Source: Promethearchaeota archaeon (GTDB lineage Archaea > Asgardarchaeota > Lokiarchaeia > Sigyniarchaeales > SOKP01). Taken from it: DNA of 38,553 nt. The stretch lies in contig SDNY01000022.1 in assembly GCA_004524535.1 (NCBI GenBank), positions 1-38,553 of the forward strand. The letters run 5' to 3'. The notes beneath the pieces are model-generated. The model saw nothing but the letters and a program-made list of their open reading frames with translations, searched no databases and was not told where the DNA came from. Below are positions 1 through 9,839 of this stretch, in pieces (position 1 is the first letter of the stretch; each line of letters starts with the position of its first letter). The translations under genes were made by a program, and so were the position numbers.

Positions 1-588
1 CTAAAACCAGAAATAAATCATGAATTGCTTTTTATATTCAAAATAAATCGAGATTTTCCAATATTTTTCATAACCAAATAATCTTGTGGATTAAAACTGA
101 GTTATGAAAAATTGATCATACAAAATCTTTCTTGTTACATTTAAATAAGCATTCATAGTAATTTATCTTAAATCAATTGATAAGAATTAGAAAAATTACC
201 TACAAAAGTGTTAAATACTTAATTGTCAATTTTTAAAATAATACAAAAATTTTTTGGTGAAAAAAAAAAAAAGCAAAAGAAATAATTCGGAAGGTGAAAA
301 ATAAAGTTTAGCTTAAATAAACATAAAAATAAAAAGGAGATTGTTATTTTTTCCTTCTACGTGGTTGGATTTTAAATCCCTCCATGCATATTATAAATAA
401 TAATTAAAAAATTCCGTATATTTACTATGAACTTTTTCCGAAGTTTTGGTAAAAAATCCTCCCTATCCAGGTTAAATATGAAAAAAAAATTCATTATACT
501 GTCAATCTAATAAGGAGCTTCAACAATTAATAGAAATTATTTCTCAAATAACAAAAATCTAATTTAAAAAGAAAATAAACTGACTAAA

Positions 589-3500
589 ATGATAAAAAAG
601 CTAAAAACAAAAATAGTAGTAATTTTTGTGTTATTCTTAATTGGAATTGCAGCATCAATCATCTCAACAACTTTCTCTGCTGATGTTGCCGCAGGGTCCA
701 AGAAAGCAGGCTCCTTAAGCACACCATATTCTAATGGAGCGACCTATGGTTGGATGTGGATGTCAGGGAATAAAACCATAAATCAAAATGGTATATATGG
801 CGAGAAGGGAGTTCCTGATATGGCGAATTATCCAGGAGCCAGAACTAGGTCTGTTTCTTGGAGGGATACGGACGGAAATTTTTGGTTATTCGGAGGTTAT
901 GGTTATCCCCAATCAGGTGGAGATGGGCATTTGAATGACCTCTGGAGGTTTACCCTCACCTCAAAGGAGTGGGCGTGGATGTCAGGGAATAAAACCATAA
1001 ATCAAAATGGCGTATATGGCGAGAAGGGAGTTCCTGATATGGCGAATTATCCGGGAGGTAGATGGAGGTTTGTTTCTTGGACGGATACGGAAGGAGATTT
1101 TTGGTTATTCGGAGGAACTGGTTATGCCGAATCAGGTGGTGAGGGTTATTTGAATGACCTCTGGAGATTTAACATCACCTCAAAGGAGTGGGCGTGGATG
1201 TCAGGGAATAAAACCTTAAATCAATATGGCATATATGGCGAGAAGGGAGTTCCTGATATAGCGAATTATCCGGGAGCTAGATACACTTCTGCTTCTTGGA
1301 CGGATACGGAAGGAAATTTATGGTTATTTGAAGGTTTTGGTTATGCCGAATCAGGTGGTACTGGGCGGTTGAATGACCTCTGGAGATTTAACATCACCTC
1401 AAAGGAGTGGGCGTGGATGTCAGGGAATAAAACCTTAAATCAATATGGCATATATGGCGAGAAGGGAGTTCCTGATATAGCGAATTATCCGGGAGCTAGA
1501 TCTTTTTCTATTTCTTGGACGGATACGGACGGAAATTTTTGGTTATTTGGAGGTTATGGTTATACCGAATCAAGTGGTGATAGGTGGCTGAATGACCTCT
1601 GGAGATTTAACATCACCTCAAAGGAGTGGGCGTGGATGTCAGGGAATAAAACCATAGATGAATATGGCGTATATGGCACGAAAGGGAATCCTGATATGGC
1701 GAATTATCCGGGAGCTAGAGGGAATTCTGTTGTTTGGACGGATACGGATGGAAATTTATGGTTATTCGGAGGTTATGGTTATGCCGAATCAGGTGGTCTT
1801 GGGTGGTTGAATGACCTCTGGAGATTTAGCATCACCTCAAAGGAGTGGGCGTGGATGTCAGGGAATAAAACCATAAATCAAAATGGTGTATATGGCGAGA
1901 AGGGAGTTCCTGATATGGTGAACTATCCGGGAGCTAGATCCGCTTCTGTTTCTTGGACGGATACGGACGGAAATTTCTGGTTATTCGGAGGTGATGGTTA
2001 TGCCGAATCAGGTGGTACTGGGCGGCTAAATGACCTCTGGAGATTTAAACTTGGCTGTGCTGAAGAATCGCAACCAGATGGAGCAACCTATGGTTGGACG
2101 TGGATGGTAGGGGATAAAAACATAGATCAATATGGTGTATATGGCGAGAAGGGAGTTCCTGATATGGCAAATTATCCTGGAACTAGAGAGAGATCTGTTT
2201 CTTGGATGGATACGGACGGAAATTTTTGGTTATTCGGAGGTGAGGGTTATGCCGAATCAGGTAGTTATGATCGGCTGAATGACCTCTGGAGATTTAACAT
2301 CACCTCAAAGGAATGGGTGTGGATGTCAGGGAATAAAACCACAGTTGAACATGGTGTATATGGCGAGAAGGGAGTTCCTGATATAGCGAATTATCCGGGA
2401 GCTAGATGGAGTTCTGTTTCTTGGACGGATACGGATGGAAATTTTTGGTTATTCGGAGGTGATGGTTATGCCGAATCAGGTGGTAATGGGCGGCTGAATG
2501 ACCTTTGGAGATTTAACATCACCTCAAAGGAGTGGACGTGGATGTCAGGGAATAAAACCACAGGTGAACATGGTGTATATGGCGAGAAGGGAGTTCCTGA
2601 TATGGCAAATTATCCAGGAGCTAGATCTTTTTTTGTTTCTTGGACGGATACGGACGGAAATTTTTGGTTATTCGGAGCTCTTGGTTATGACGAATCAGGT
2701 GGTTATGGGCATCTGAATGACCTTTGGAGATTTAACATCACCTCAAAGGAGTGGGCGTGGATGTCAGGGAATAAAACCATAAATCAAAATGGTATATATG
2801 GCGAAAAGGGAGTTCCTGATAGGGTGAATTATCCAGGAGGAAGAGAGAGATCTGTTTCTTGGACGGATACGGACGGAAATTTTTGGTTATTCGGAGGAAT
2901 TGGTTATAACGAATCAGGTGATTATGGGCGGCTGAATGATCTTTGGAGATTTAACATCACCTCAAAGGAGTGGGCGTGGATGTCAGGGAATAAAACCATA
3001 AATCAAAATGGTGTATATGGCGAGAAGGGAGTTCCTGATATAGAGAATTATCCGGGAGGTAGAGTCGATTCTGCTTCTTGGACGGATACATATGGAAATT
3101 TATGGTTATTCGGAGGTTATGGTTATGCCGAATTAGGTGGTAATTGGTGGTTGAATGACCTCTGGAGATTTAACATCACCTCAAAGGAGTGGGCGTGGAT
3201 GTCAGGGAATAAAACTACAGGTGAACATGGCGTATATGGCGAGAAGGGAGTCCCTGATATGGCGAATTATCCGGGAGCTAGATCCGCTTCTGCTTTTTGG
3301 ACGGATACGGATGGAAGTTTATGGTTATTCGGAGGTTTTGGTTATGCCGAATCAGGTGGTGTTGGGCGGCTGAATGACCTCTGGAGATTTAAAGATTCTA
3401 TTGCTCCATATATCATGATTATTGAGCCTAGGTATAATAAATTATTTAATGCGACGGCTCCTTCATACAACTTAACCTTTATTGATGCTCATTTAGATGA

Positions 3501-6500
3501 TACATGGTATCGGCTCTGGAATGGTACTGAGTGGTCAATAAATTATACTATTCCGGGTTTAGGCTCAGAAAGAACCGGACAAATCAATCAAGATGCTTGG
3601 AATGACTGTCCGAATGGTACTGTCGTTATCGAATTCTATGCGAATTATACCTTCGGCAATTTGAGGATGAATTCTACAACGGTTAGGAAGGATATTCTGG
3701 GACCTTTAATAACTATTAATGATCCTGCTCCAAATGAATTATTTTTATTTAAAGCTCCAGATGACACGGATTGTGATGTAATTTTTAGTGATGTAAGGGG
3801 TATTGATGCTCGATGGCACATGCTAATAAATGCCACAGACAGCAATCACTATACGAACAATTATACGTGGAATGATGAAGTTAATCAGACTGCTTGGAAT
3901 CAAATGGGCAATGGAACTGTTATCATCCGTATTTTTGCGAATGATTCATCGGGGTACATTGGAATGGCAGAAGTTACTGTAAGAAAAAATATTGTAGACC
4001 CATTTATTTCTATTACTAAACCCGATTCAAATGATATTTTCGGGAATAATACAATGAATTTCACAATTTCAGTGTCGGGAAAAGACCTAGATACCATTTG
4101 GTATATGCTAATAAACGGAACAAACAGTAATGATTATACCAACAATTTAACATATTCTAAGACCGTCGTTGCAGGAGAAATTGAAGATACAATTCAATAC
4201 AATTTATGGAATCAATTTGAAAATGGGACGGTTATTATTCGATTCTTCTTGAACAGAACAAACGGAGTGATGGCGTTTGATGATGTTTTAGTGAGAAAAG
4301 ATATTTTGGGACCTTTAATAACTATTAATGCTCCCACTCCAAATGAATTATTTTCCTCAACCGCACCAGGCTTGGCAGATTGCGATGTAATTTTTAGGGA
4401 TGGGAGTGGTATTGCTGCTCGATGGTATATGCTCATAAATGGAACGGATAATACGGACTATACTAATAATTACACTTGGAATGACGAGGTGGATCAATTC
4501 GTCTGGGATTATATGGATAATGGATTTGTTATCATCCGAATTTTTGCGAATGATTCGTTAGGTTACATTGGAATGGCAGAAGTAACCGTAAGGAAAGATA
4601 TTCATTTACCAAGTAATGGAGCGCCCTATAGTTGGGCGTGGGTGTCAGGGAAAAAAACCACAGATGAACCTGGCGTATATGGCACGAAGGGAGTTCCTGA
4701 TATGGCGAACTATCCGGGAGCTAGATACGGATCTGTTTCTTGGACGGATACGGACGGAAATTTTTGGTTATTCGGAGGTTCTGGTTTGAATGACCTCTGG
4801 AGATTTAACATCACCTCAAAGGAGTGGGCGTGGATGTCAGGGAATAAAACCAAAAATCAATGGGGCGTATATGGCACGAAGGGGGTTCCCGATACGGCGA
4901 ATTATCCGGGAGCTAGAGTATGGTCTGTTTCTTGGACGGATACGGACGGAAATTTTTGGTTATTCGGAGGTTCTGGTTATGACGAATCAGGTGGTTCTGG
5001 GTCTTTGAATGACCTCTGGAGATTTAACATCACCTCAAAGGAGTGGGCATGGATGTCAGGGAATAAAAATATAAATCAAAATGGCGTATATGGCACGAAG
5101 GGAGTTCCTGATATGGTGAATTATCCGGGAGGTAGATGGAGTTCTGTTTCTTGGACGGATACGGACGGAAATTTATGGTTATTCGGAGGTTCTGGTTATC
5201 CCGAATCAGGTGGTGCTGGGCGAATGAATGACCTCTGGAGATTTACCATCACCTCAAAGGAGTGGGCGTGGATGTCAGGGAGTAAAACCTTAGGTGATTA
5301 TGGCGTATATGGCACGAAGGGAGTTCCTGATATGGCGAATTATCCGGGAGTTAGACGGGGATCTGTTTCTTGGACGGATACGGACGGAAATTTATGGTTA
5401 TTCGGAGGGTATGGTCGTGCCGAATCAGGTGGTGGGCAGCTGAATGACCTCTGGAGATTTACCATCACCTCAAAGGAGTGGGCGTGGATGTCAGGGAATA
5501 AAACCGTAAATCAAGGTGGTGTATATGGCACGAAGGGAGTTCCTGATATGGCGAATTATCCGGGAGCTAGACACTCTTCTGTTTCTTGGACGGATACGGA
5601 CGGAAATTTTTGGTTATTCGGAGGTTCTTATAGGAATGACCTCTGGAGATTTACCATCACCTCAAAGGAGTGGGCGTGGATGTCAGGGAATAAAACCGCA
5701 AGTGAATATGGCGTATATGGCACGAAGGGAGTTCCTGATATGGCGAATTATCCGGGAGGTAGATACGGTTCTGTTTCTTGGACGGATACGGACGGAAATT
5801 TATGGTTATTCGGAGGTTGGGGTTATGCCGAATCAGGTTTTGATGGGCAGCTGAATGACCTCTGGAGATTTAAAAATTCTATTGCTCCACATATCACGAT
5901 TATTGAGCCTAGGTATAATAAATTATTTAATGCGACGGCTCCTTCATACAACTTAACCTTTATTGATGCTCATTTAGATGATACATGGTATCGCCTCTGG
6001 AATGGTACTGAGTGGTCAATAAATTATATTATTCCGGGTTTAGGCTCAGAAAGAACCGGACAAATCGATCAAGATGCCTGGAACGACTGTCCAAATGGTA
6101 CTGTCGTTATCGAATTCTATGCGAATGATACCTTCGGCAATTTGAGGATGATTTCTACAACGGTTAGGAAGGATATTCTGGGGCCTTTAATAATTATCAA
6201 TAGTCCTGCTCCAAATGAATTATTTTCATTTAAAGCTCCAGATGACACGGATTGCGATGTAATTTTTAGTGATGTAAGTGGTATTGATGCTAAATGGCAT
6301 ATGCTAATAAATGCAACAAATAGCAATCACTATACGAAAAATTATACGTGGAATGATGAAGTTAATCAGACTGCTTGGGAACAAATGGGGAACGGGACCG
6401 TCATTATTTGGATTTTCGCCAATGATTCTCTTGGTAATATCGGGATGGCAGAAGTGATCGTACGAAAGGATATTGAATTACCAAGTATCGTTATTAATGA

Positions 6501-8220
6501 TCCTACTTTAAATGATATTTTCGGCGTGAATACTTTCAATTTCACAATTACGGTTTCGGGAAAAAATCTCGATACCATTTGGTATATGCTAATAAATGGT
6601 ACAGACAGTAATGATTATACCAATAATTTAACATATTCTAAGACCGTCGCTTCTGGTTCAATTGAAGATATGATTAATTATAACCTCTGGAATCAATTTG
6701 AAAATGGAACGGTTATTATTCGATTCTTCTTGAATAGAACGAACGGATTGATATCATTTGATGATGTTTTAGTGAGAAAAGATATAATAGCTCCTGATAT
6801 CATGATAATTGAGCCAGGATATAATAAATTATTTAATGCGACAGCTCCTTCCTACAATTTAATCTTTATTGAAGCTCATTTAGATGATATATGGTATCGG
6901 CTCTGGAATGGTACTAATTGGTCAATAAATTATACAATCGGGGGTTCAGGTTCTCAGAGATTGGGGCAGATAAACCAAGATGCATGGGATGACTGCCCGA
7001 ATGGTACCGTCATTATTGAATTCTATGCGAATGATACCTTAGGCAATTTGAGGATGAATTCTACAACTATTAGGAAGGATATTCTGGGGCCTTTAATAAC
7101 TATTAATGAACCCACTCCGAATGAATTTTTTTCCTCAACCGCACCAGGCTTGGCAGATTGTAATGTTCTATTTAGTGATGGGAGTGGTATTGATGCTCGT
7201 TGGTATATGCTCATAAATGGAACGGATAACACAGACTATACTAATAATTACACATGGAATGAAGAGGTGGATCAATTTGTCTGGGATTATATGGATAATG
7301 GTACCGTCATCATCCGTATTTTTGCGAATGATTCATTAGGTTACATTGGAATGGCAGAAATTATTGTAAGGAAAGATATTTTAGGACCGATAATAAATAT
7401 CAATGATCCTACTCCGAATGAATTATTTTCCTCAACCGCACCAGGCTTGGCAGATTGTAATGTTCTATTTAGTGATGGGAGTGGTATTGATGCTCGATGG
7501 TATATGCTCATAAATGGCACGGATACCACGGACTATACTAATAATTACACCTGGAATGGCGAGGTGGATCAATTCGTCTGGGACTATATGGATAATGGTA
7601 CCGTCATCATCGTTATTTTTGCGAATGATTCGTTAGGCAACATTGGAAGGGCAGAAATTATTGTAAGGAAAGATATTGAATCGCAACCAGGTGGGCAAAT
7701 TCCCGGTGATGATGATGACGATGATGATGACGATGATGATGACGATGATGATGGAATAATAATAATAATAATAATAATCTGTTTCGGTTCTGTAAGTGGT
7801 ATTGCTGCTACTTCTTTATATTATAAACAACACAGAAATAAAAATTTATATAATAAGCCACACAGAAATAAAAAAGCTAAATCAATTCTTAAAAGAAAAT
7901 TTCAAGAATCTAACAAAATTTTCCCTTCTACTCCATCTTCTAAAGAAATCTTAATGGAACTAACTAATAAAAACTTATTACGCCAAATATTTGATACAAA
8001 AAAGATCAAAAAAATTAATGCTATATTAGATAATATATTAGATAATATCGATTTAACTGCGGTATCTGACGAGTTTCTAAGAAAATTGGATTCTTTAAAG
8101 GTAGACAATGAAGAAAAAAGAGAATTTCTTAAAGAAATGCTGCTTTTTTCTCCCGAAGAAAGAAATGAAATTCTTGATAAGATCTTAAAAAGAGTTAATT
8201 CTTATTCTGAAGGCGAATAA
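589..8220 (+). CDS. Giant cell-surface glycoprotein: signal peptide, 3 x six-bladed kelch-type beta-propellers, about 10 Ig-like repeats, poly-Asp linker, C-terminal TM helix, about 130-aa cytoplasmic tail
   Basis: Basic plus hydrophobic N-terminus. 18 repeats of about 73 aa with kelch signature (WLFGG...NDLWRF...EW.W) in three blocks of six. About 100-aa beta-rich repeats delimited by (V)RKDI. Many N-x-S/T sequons. PG-D15-G-I8-CFGSVSGIAATSLYY followed by a basic stretch. Confidence 0.9.
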   Translation: MIKKLKTKIVVIFVLFLIGIAASIISTTFSADVAAGSKKAGSLSTPYSNGATYGWMWMSGNKTINQNGIYGEKGVPDMANYPGARTRSVSWRDTDGNFWLFGGYGYPQSGGDGHLNDLWRFTLTSKEWAWMSGNKTINQNGVYGEKGVPDMANYPGGRWRFVSWTDTEGDFWLFGGTGYAESGGEGYLNDLWRFNITSKEWAWMSGNKTLNQYGIYGEKGVPDIANYPGARYTSASWTDTEGNLWLFEGFGYAESGGTGRLNDLWRFNITSKEWAWMSGNKTLNQYGIYGEKGVPDIANYPGARSFSISWTDTDGNFWLFGGYGYTESSGDRWLNDLWRFNITSKEWAWMSGNKTIDEYGVYGTKGNPDMANYPGARGNSVVWTDTDGNLWLFGGYGYAESGGLGWLNDLWRFSITSKEWAWMSGNKTINQNGVYGEKGVPDMVNYPGARSASVSWTDTDGNFWLFGGDGYAESGGTGRLNDLWRFKLGCAEESQPDGATYGWTWMVGDKNIDQYGVYGEKGVPDMANYPGTRERSVSWMDTDGNFWLFGGEGYAESGSYDRLNDLWRFNITSKEWVWMSGNKTTVEHGVYGEKGVPDIANYPGARWSSVSWTDTDGNFWLFGGDGYAESGGNGRLNDLWRFNITSKEWTWMSGNKTTGEHGVYGEKGVPDMANYPGARSFFVSWTDTDGNFWLFGALGYDESGGYGHLNDLWRFNITSKEWAWMSGNKTINQNGIYGEKGVPDRVNYPGGRERSVSWTDTDGNFWLFGGIGYNESGDYGRLNDLWRFNITSKEWAWMSGNKTINQNGVYGEKGVPDIENYPGGRVDSASWTDTYGNLWLFGGYGYAELGGNWWLNDLWRFNITSKEWAWMSGNKTTGEHGVYGEKGVPDMANYPGARSASAFWTDTDGSLWLFGGFGYAESGGVGRLNDLWRFKDSIAPYIMIIEPRYNKLFNATAPSYNLTFIDAHLDDTWYRLWNGTEWSINYTIPGLGSERTGQINQDAWNDCPNGTVVIEFYANYTFGNLRMNSTTVRKDILGPLITINDPAPNELFLFKAPDDTDCDVIFSDVRGIDARWHMLINATDSNHYTNNYTWNDEVNQTAWNQMGNGTVIIRIFANDSSGYIGMAEVTVRKNIVDPFISITKPDSNDIFGNNTMNFTISVSGKDLDTIWYMLINGTNSNDYTNNLTYSKTVVAGEIEDTIQYNLWNQFENGTVIIRFFLNRTNGVMAFDDVLVRKDILGPLITINAPTPNELFSSTAPGLADCDVIFRDGSGIAARWYMLINGTDNTDYTNNYTWNDEVDQFVWDYMDNGFVIIRIFANDSLGYIGMAEVTVRKDIHLPSNGAPYSWAWVSGKKTTDEPGVYGTKGVPDMANYPGARYGSVSWTDTDGNFWLFGGSGLNDLWRFNITSKEWAWMSGNKTKNQWGVYGTKGVPDTANYPGARVWSVSWTDTDGNFWLFGGSGYDESGGSGSLNDLWRFNITSKEWAWMSGNKNINQNGVYGTKGVPDMVNYPGGRWSSVSWTDTDGNLWLFGGSGYPESGGAGRMNDLWRFTITSKEWAWMSGSKTLGDYGVYGTKGVPDMANYPGVRRGSVSWTDTDGNLWLFGGYGRAESGGGQLNDLWRFTITSKEWAWMSGNKTVNQGGVYGTKGVPDMANYPGARHSSVSWTDTDGNFWLFGGSYRNDLWRFTITSKEWAWMSGNKTASEYGVYGTKGVPDMANYPGGRYGSVSWTDTDGNLWLFGGWGYAESGFDGQLNDLWRFKNSIAPHITIIEPRYNKLFNATAPSYNLTFIDAHLDDTWYRLWNGTEWSINYIIPGLGSERTGQIDQDAWNDCPNGTVVIEFYANDTFGNLRMISTTVRKDILGPLIIINSPAPNELFSFKAPDDTDCDVIFSDVSGIDAKWHMLINATNSNHYTKNYTWNDEVNQTAWEQMGNGTVIIWIFANDSLGNIGMAEVIVRKDIELPSIVINDPTLNDIFGVNTFNFTITVSGKNLDTIWYMLINGTDSNDYTNNLTYSKTVASGSIEDMINYNLWNQFENGTVIIRFFLNRTNGLISFDDVLVRKDIIAPDIMIIEPGYNKLFNATAPSYNLIFIEAHLDDIWYRLWNGTNWSINYTIGGSGSQRLGQINQDAWDDCPNGTVIIEFYANDTLGNLRMNSTTIRKDILGPLITINEPTPNEFFSSTAPGLADCNVLFSDGSGIDARWYMLINGTDNTDYTNNYTWNEEVDQFVWDYMDNGTVIIRIFANDSLGYIGMAEIIVRKDILGPIININDPTPNELFSSTAPGLADCNVLFSDGSGIDARWYMLINGTDTTDYTNNYTWNGEVDQFVWDYMDNGTVIIVIFANDSLGNIGRAEIIVRKDIESQPGGQIPGDDDDDDDDDDDDDDDGIIIIIIIICFGSVSGIAATSLYYKQHRNKNLYNKPHRNKKAKSILKRKFQESNKIFPSTPSSKEILMELTNKNLLRQIFDTKKIKKINAILDNILDNIDLTAVSDEFLRKLDSLKVDNEEKREFLKEMLLFSPEERNEILDKILKRVNSYSEGE
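736..3390 (+). repeat. Intragenic 219-bp tandem repeats (12 kelch units, two propellers)
   Basis: Near-identical DNA units; gaatgacctctggag recurs at a 219-bp period (e.g. about 933 and 1152). Confidence 0.95.
4615..5872 (+). repeat. Third block of 6 kelch repeat units (two units with shortened loops)
   Basis: Same unit as above but with GTKG instead of GEKG. The GGSGLND and GGSYRND units lack the GY.ESG loop. Confidence 0.92.
7708..7779 (+). repeat. In-frame trinucleotide microsatellites (GAY)15-GGA-(ATA)7ATC encoding poly-Asp and the poly-Ile TM start
   Basis: Read directly from the sequence. Confidence 0.95.
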
Positions 8221-8929
8221 AATTCCAAATAAAATTTTATATGAAACGTTAAATAACATTTCAGAAGAACAGATATTAGTATTAAATATTATTCAGGAAT
8301 ATCTTAACAAAAATAGAACTTTTAATAAAATCGAAATAGTTCCTTTTATTAATGCTAAAATAGCAAAAAAAAAATTAAATATTAGTTATATTAGAATAAT
8401 TGAAATTCTCAAATCACTTGTAGAAAAAAATATCATTGTTGAAGGATCTAAATTAATAAAATTTGATCTCTTAGCAAATTTAAATAGAAAAGATATTTAT
8501 GATTATATTATAAAAAATCCCGGGATTCATTTCAATAAGCTCGTTAAAGTTCTAAATATTAGTGTATTTAGTGTTGAATGGCATTTGAATATATTATTAA
8601 AATTTAATCTCATCAGGAAAGTAAAAATAGAAAACTTTGATGCATATTTCGATTCAAAATTACCTTCCAAAAACGATGAAATTCTTCATATCATTTCAAG
8701 AGAGAAATGTAACGAAATAATCCAATATATTAAGCAAAACAACGAAGGCTATTCAAAAAATTACCTTTCAAAAGAACTTAAAATCCATTCTAATACAGTC
8801 TCAAAATATATTGAAAAACTTGAGGAATTGGGTCTTTTATTGAAAAAAGAATTATCTAATATGACATTGTATTTCTTAAATGAAGGTTATTTCGCACATT
8901 TGATTAGTGAAATTAAATCTATACCTTAA
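8207..8929 (+). CDS. Double winged-helix transcriptional regulator (about 230-240 aa; start uncertain)
   Basis: The frame of the 8585 ORF is open back to 8189 and encodes NRKDIYDYIIKNPGIHFNKLVKVLNISVFSVEWHLNILLKF (HTH 1) and LSKELKIHSNTVSKYIEKLEELGLL (HTH 2). There is no ATG; candidate starts are CTG 8207, ATT 8222 and ATT 8234. Confidence 0.8.
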   Translation: MKANKIPNKILYETLNNISEEQILVLNIIQEYLNKNRTFNKIEIVPFINAKIAKKKLNISYIRIIEILKSLVEKNIIVEGSKLIKFDLLANLNRKDIYDYIIKNPGIHFNKLVKVLNISVFSVEWHLNILLKFNLIRKVKIENFDAYFDSKLPSKNDEILHIISREKCNEIIQYIKQNNEGYSKNYLSKELKIHSNTVSKYIEKLEELGLLLKKELSNMTLYFLNEGYFAHLISEIKSIP

Positions 8930-8978
8930 AAAATATAAAATTAACCTTATTGAACTTTATTTTTTTAGTAAAAGAAGT

Positions 8979-9133
8979 AAAAAGAAAGAATATTTTAATT
9001 TAAAGATTTTAGAGATCTCTTCCATATCTTCTTAATTGATTCTGTATTATAAATAGCTGTATGTTCCTTGCACCTCCGATAACTTCTTCTATTTTACTCG
9101 TGTCCATAAACTCGTCTATGGGCGTATTATCTG
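8979..9133 (-). repeat. Orphan duplicate of the 3' end and downstream flank of the acyl-CoA dehydrogenase gene (copy of 9810-9964)
   Basis: 155-bp direct repeat at offset 831 with 4 mismatches; encodes ...FIIQNQLRRYGRDL* versus ...FIIQNLLRRYGRDL*. Confidence 0.95.
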
Positions 9134-9266
9134 AGATTAAAACTTAAAATCGCTGAGAATTTTATATGGGAAAGAGATTCTCAGAAAAGGATTGATGAAA
9201 TCTAAATTAATTGTTTACAAAATTAGATTTAAATAATAAAATCTTTTTGTTATAATTGAGTATGGT

Positions 9267-9782
9267 ATGAATAGAGAAAATATCGATATGAACGAGCATT
9301 GGTCATACGCTATTAATGGCAATTGGAGAGCTAATTATTATTATGAAGATCTATTCTATATCTGTTCCAGTTCATGTACTGCTGGAGAGAGAGAAATTAT
9401 CAATCGAAATGATCATCTAATTCCTTTAGACATATGGAAAGTCTTGATTATTAGATGTTATGATAAATTAATCAAATATGCTGATGAACAGAAATCAAGA
9501 TTGGCTTATCTTGTTTTAGGGATGTTTCTTATGGAACATGGCGGAAAGATGACCAAAGAAGTTAAAGACAAAATACTTAAATATTCAAGATGGAAATATG
9601 AGAAACATCAACTAAAGTCGAAGGAAGAAAGAGAATTTAGAAAAAAATATTTATTTGAATTCCGTGAGAAAGTTATTAACTATGTAGATGGTGTTCAAAC
9701 AAAGGTTACTGATGGGACCTTAACAGAACATCGAGATCAATTTGGTTTCCTTAATCTAACTTATATAGATTATAAAATATAA
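9267..9782 (+). CDS. Hypothetical protein (171 aa) lying between the two 155-bp repeats
   Basis: Clean ORF with normal composition; no motif recognised. Confidence 0.7.
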   Translation: MNRENIDMNEHWSYAINGNWRANYYYEDLFYICSSSCTAGEREIINRNDHLIPLDIWKVLIIRCYDKLIKYADEQKSRLAYLVLGMFLMEHGGKMTKEVKDKILKYSRWKYEKHQLKSKEEREFRKKYLFEFREKVINYVDGVQTKVTDGTLTEHRDQFGFLNLTYIDYKI

Positions 9783-9839
9783 ACTATTTCTTTGCATTTT
9801 ATAGACATAAAAAAGAAAGAATATTTTAATTTAAAGATT

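Noticed and set aside
1-588. Structured ncRNA in the long upstream region
   Set aside because: Very AT-rich, and no convincing stem or known RNA family was recognisable by eye.
736-5872. Diversity-generating retroelement or CRISPR array as the source of the repeats
   Set aside because: The repeats are in-frame protein units. Variable codons change at all three positions rather than in an adenine-only AAY pattern, and no reverse transcriptase or cas gene is in the window.
2498-8108. Short alternative-frame and antisense ORFs within the giant gene
   Set aside because: Shadow ORFs that recur only because the underlying repeat recurs.
8979-9133. DGR template repeat for the acyl-CoA dehydrogenase C-terminus
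   Set aside because: Only 4 mismatches, one not at adenine and two synonymous. The repeat includes the non-coding flank, there is no RT nearby, and the target is a conserved enzyme.
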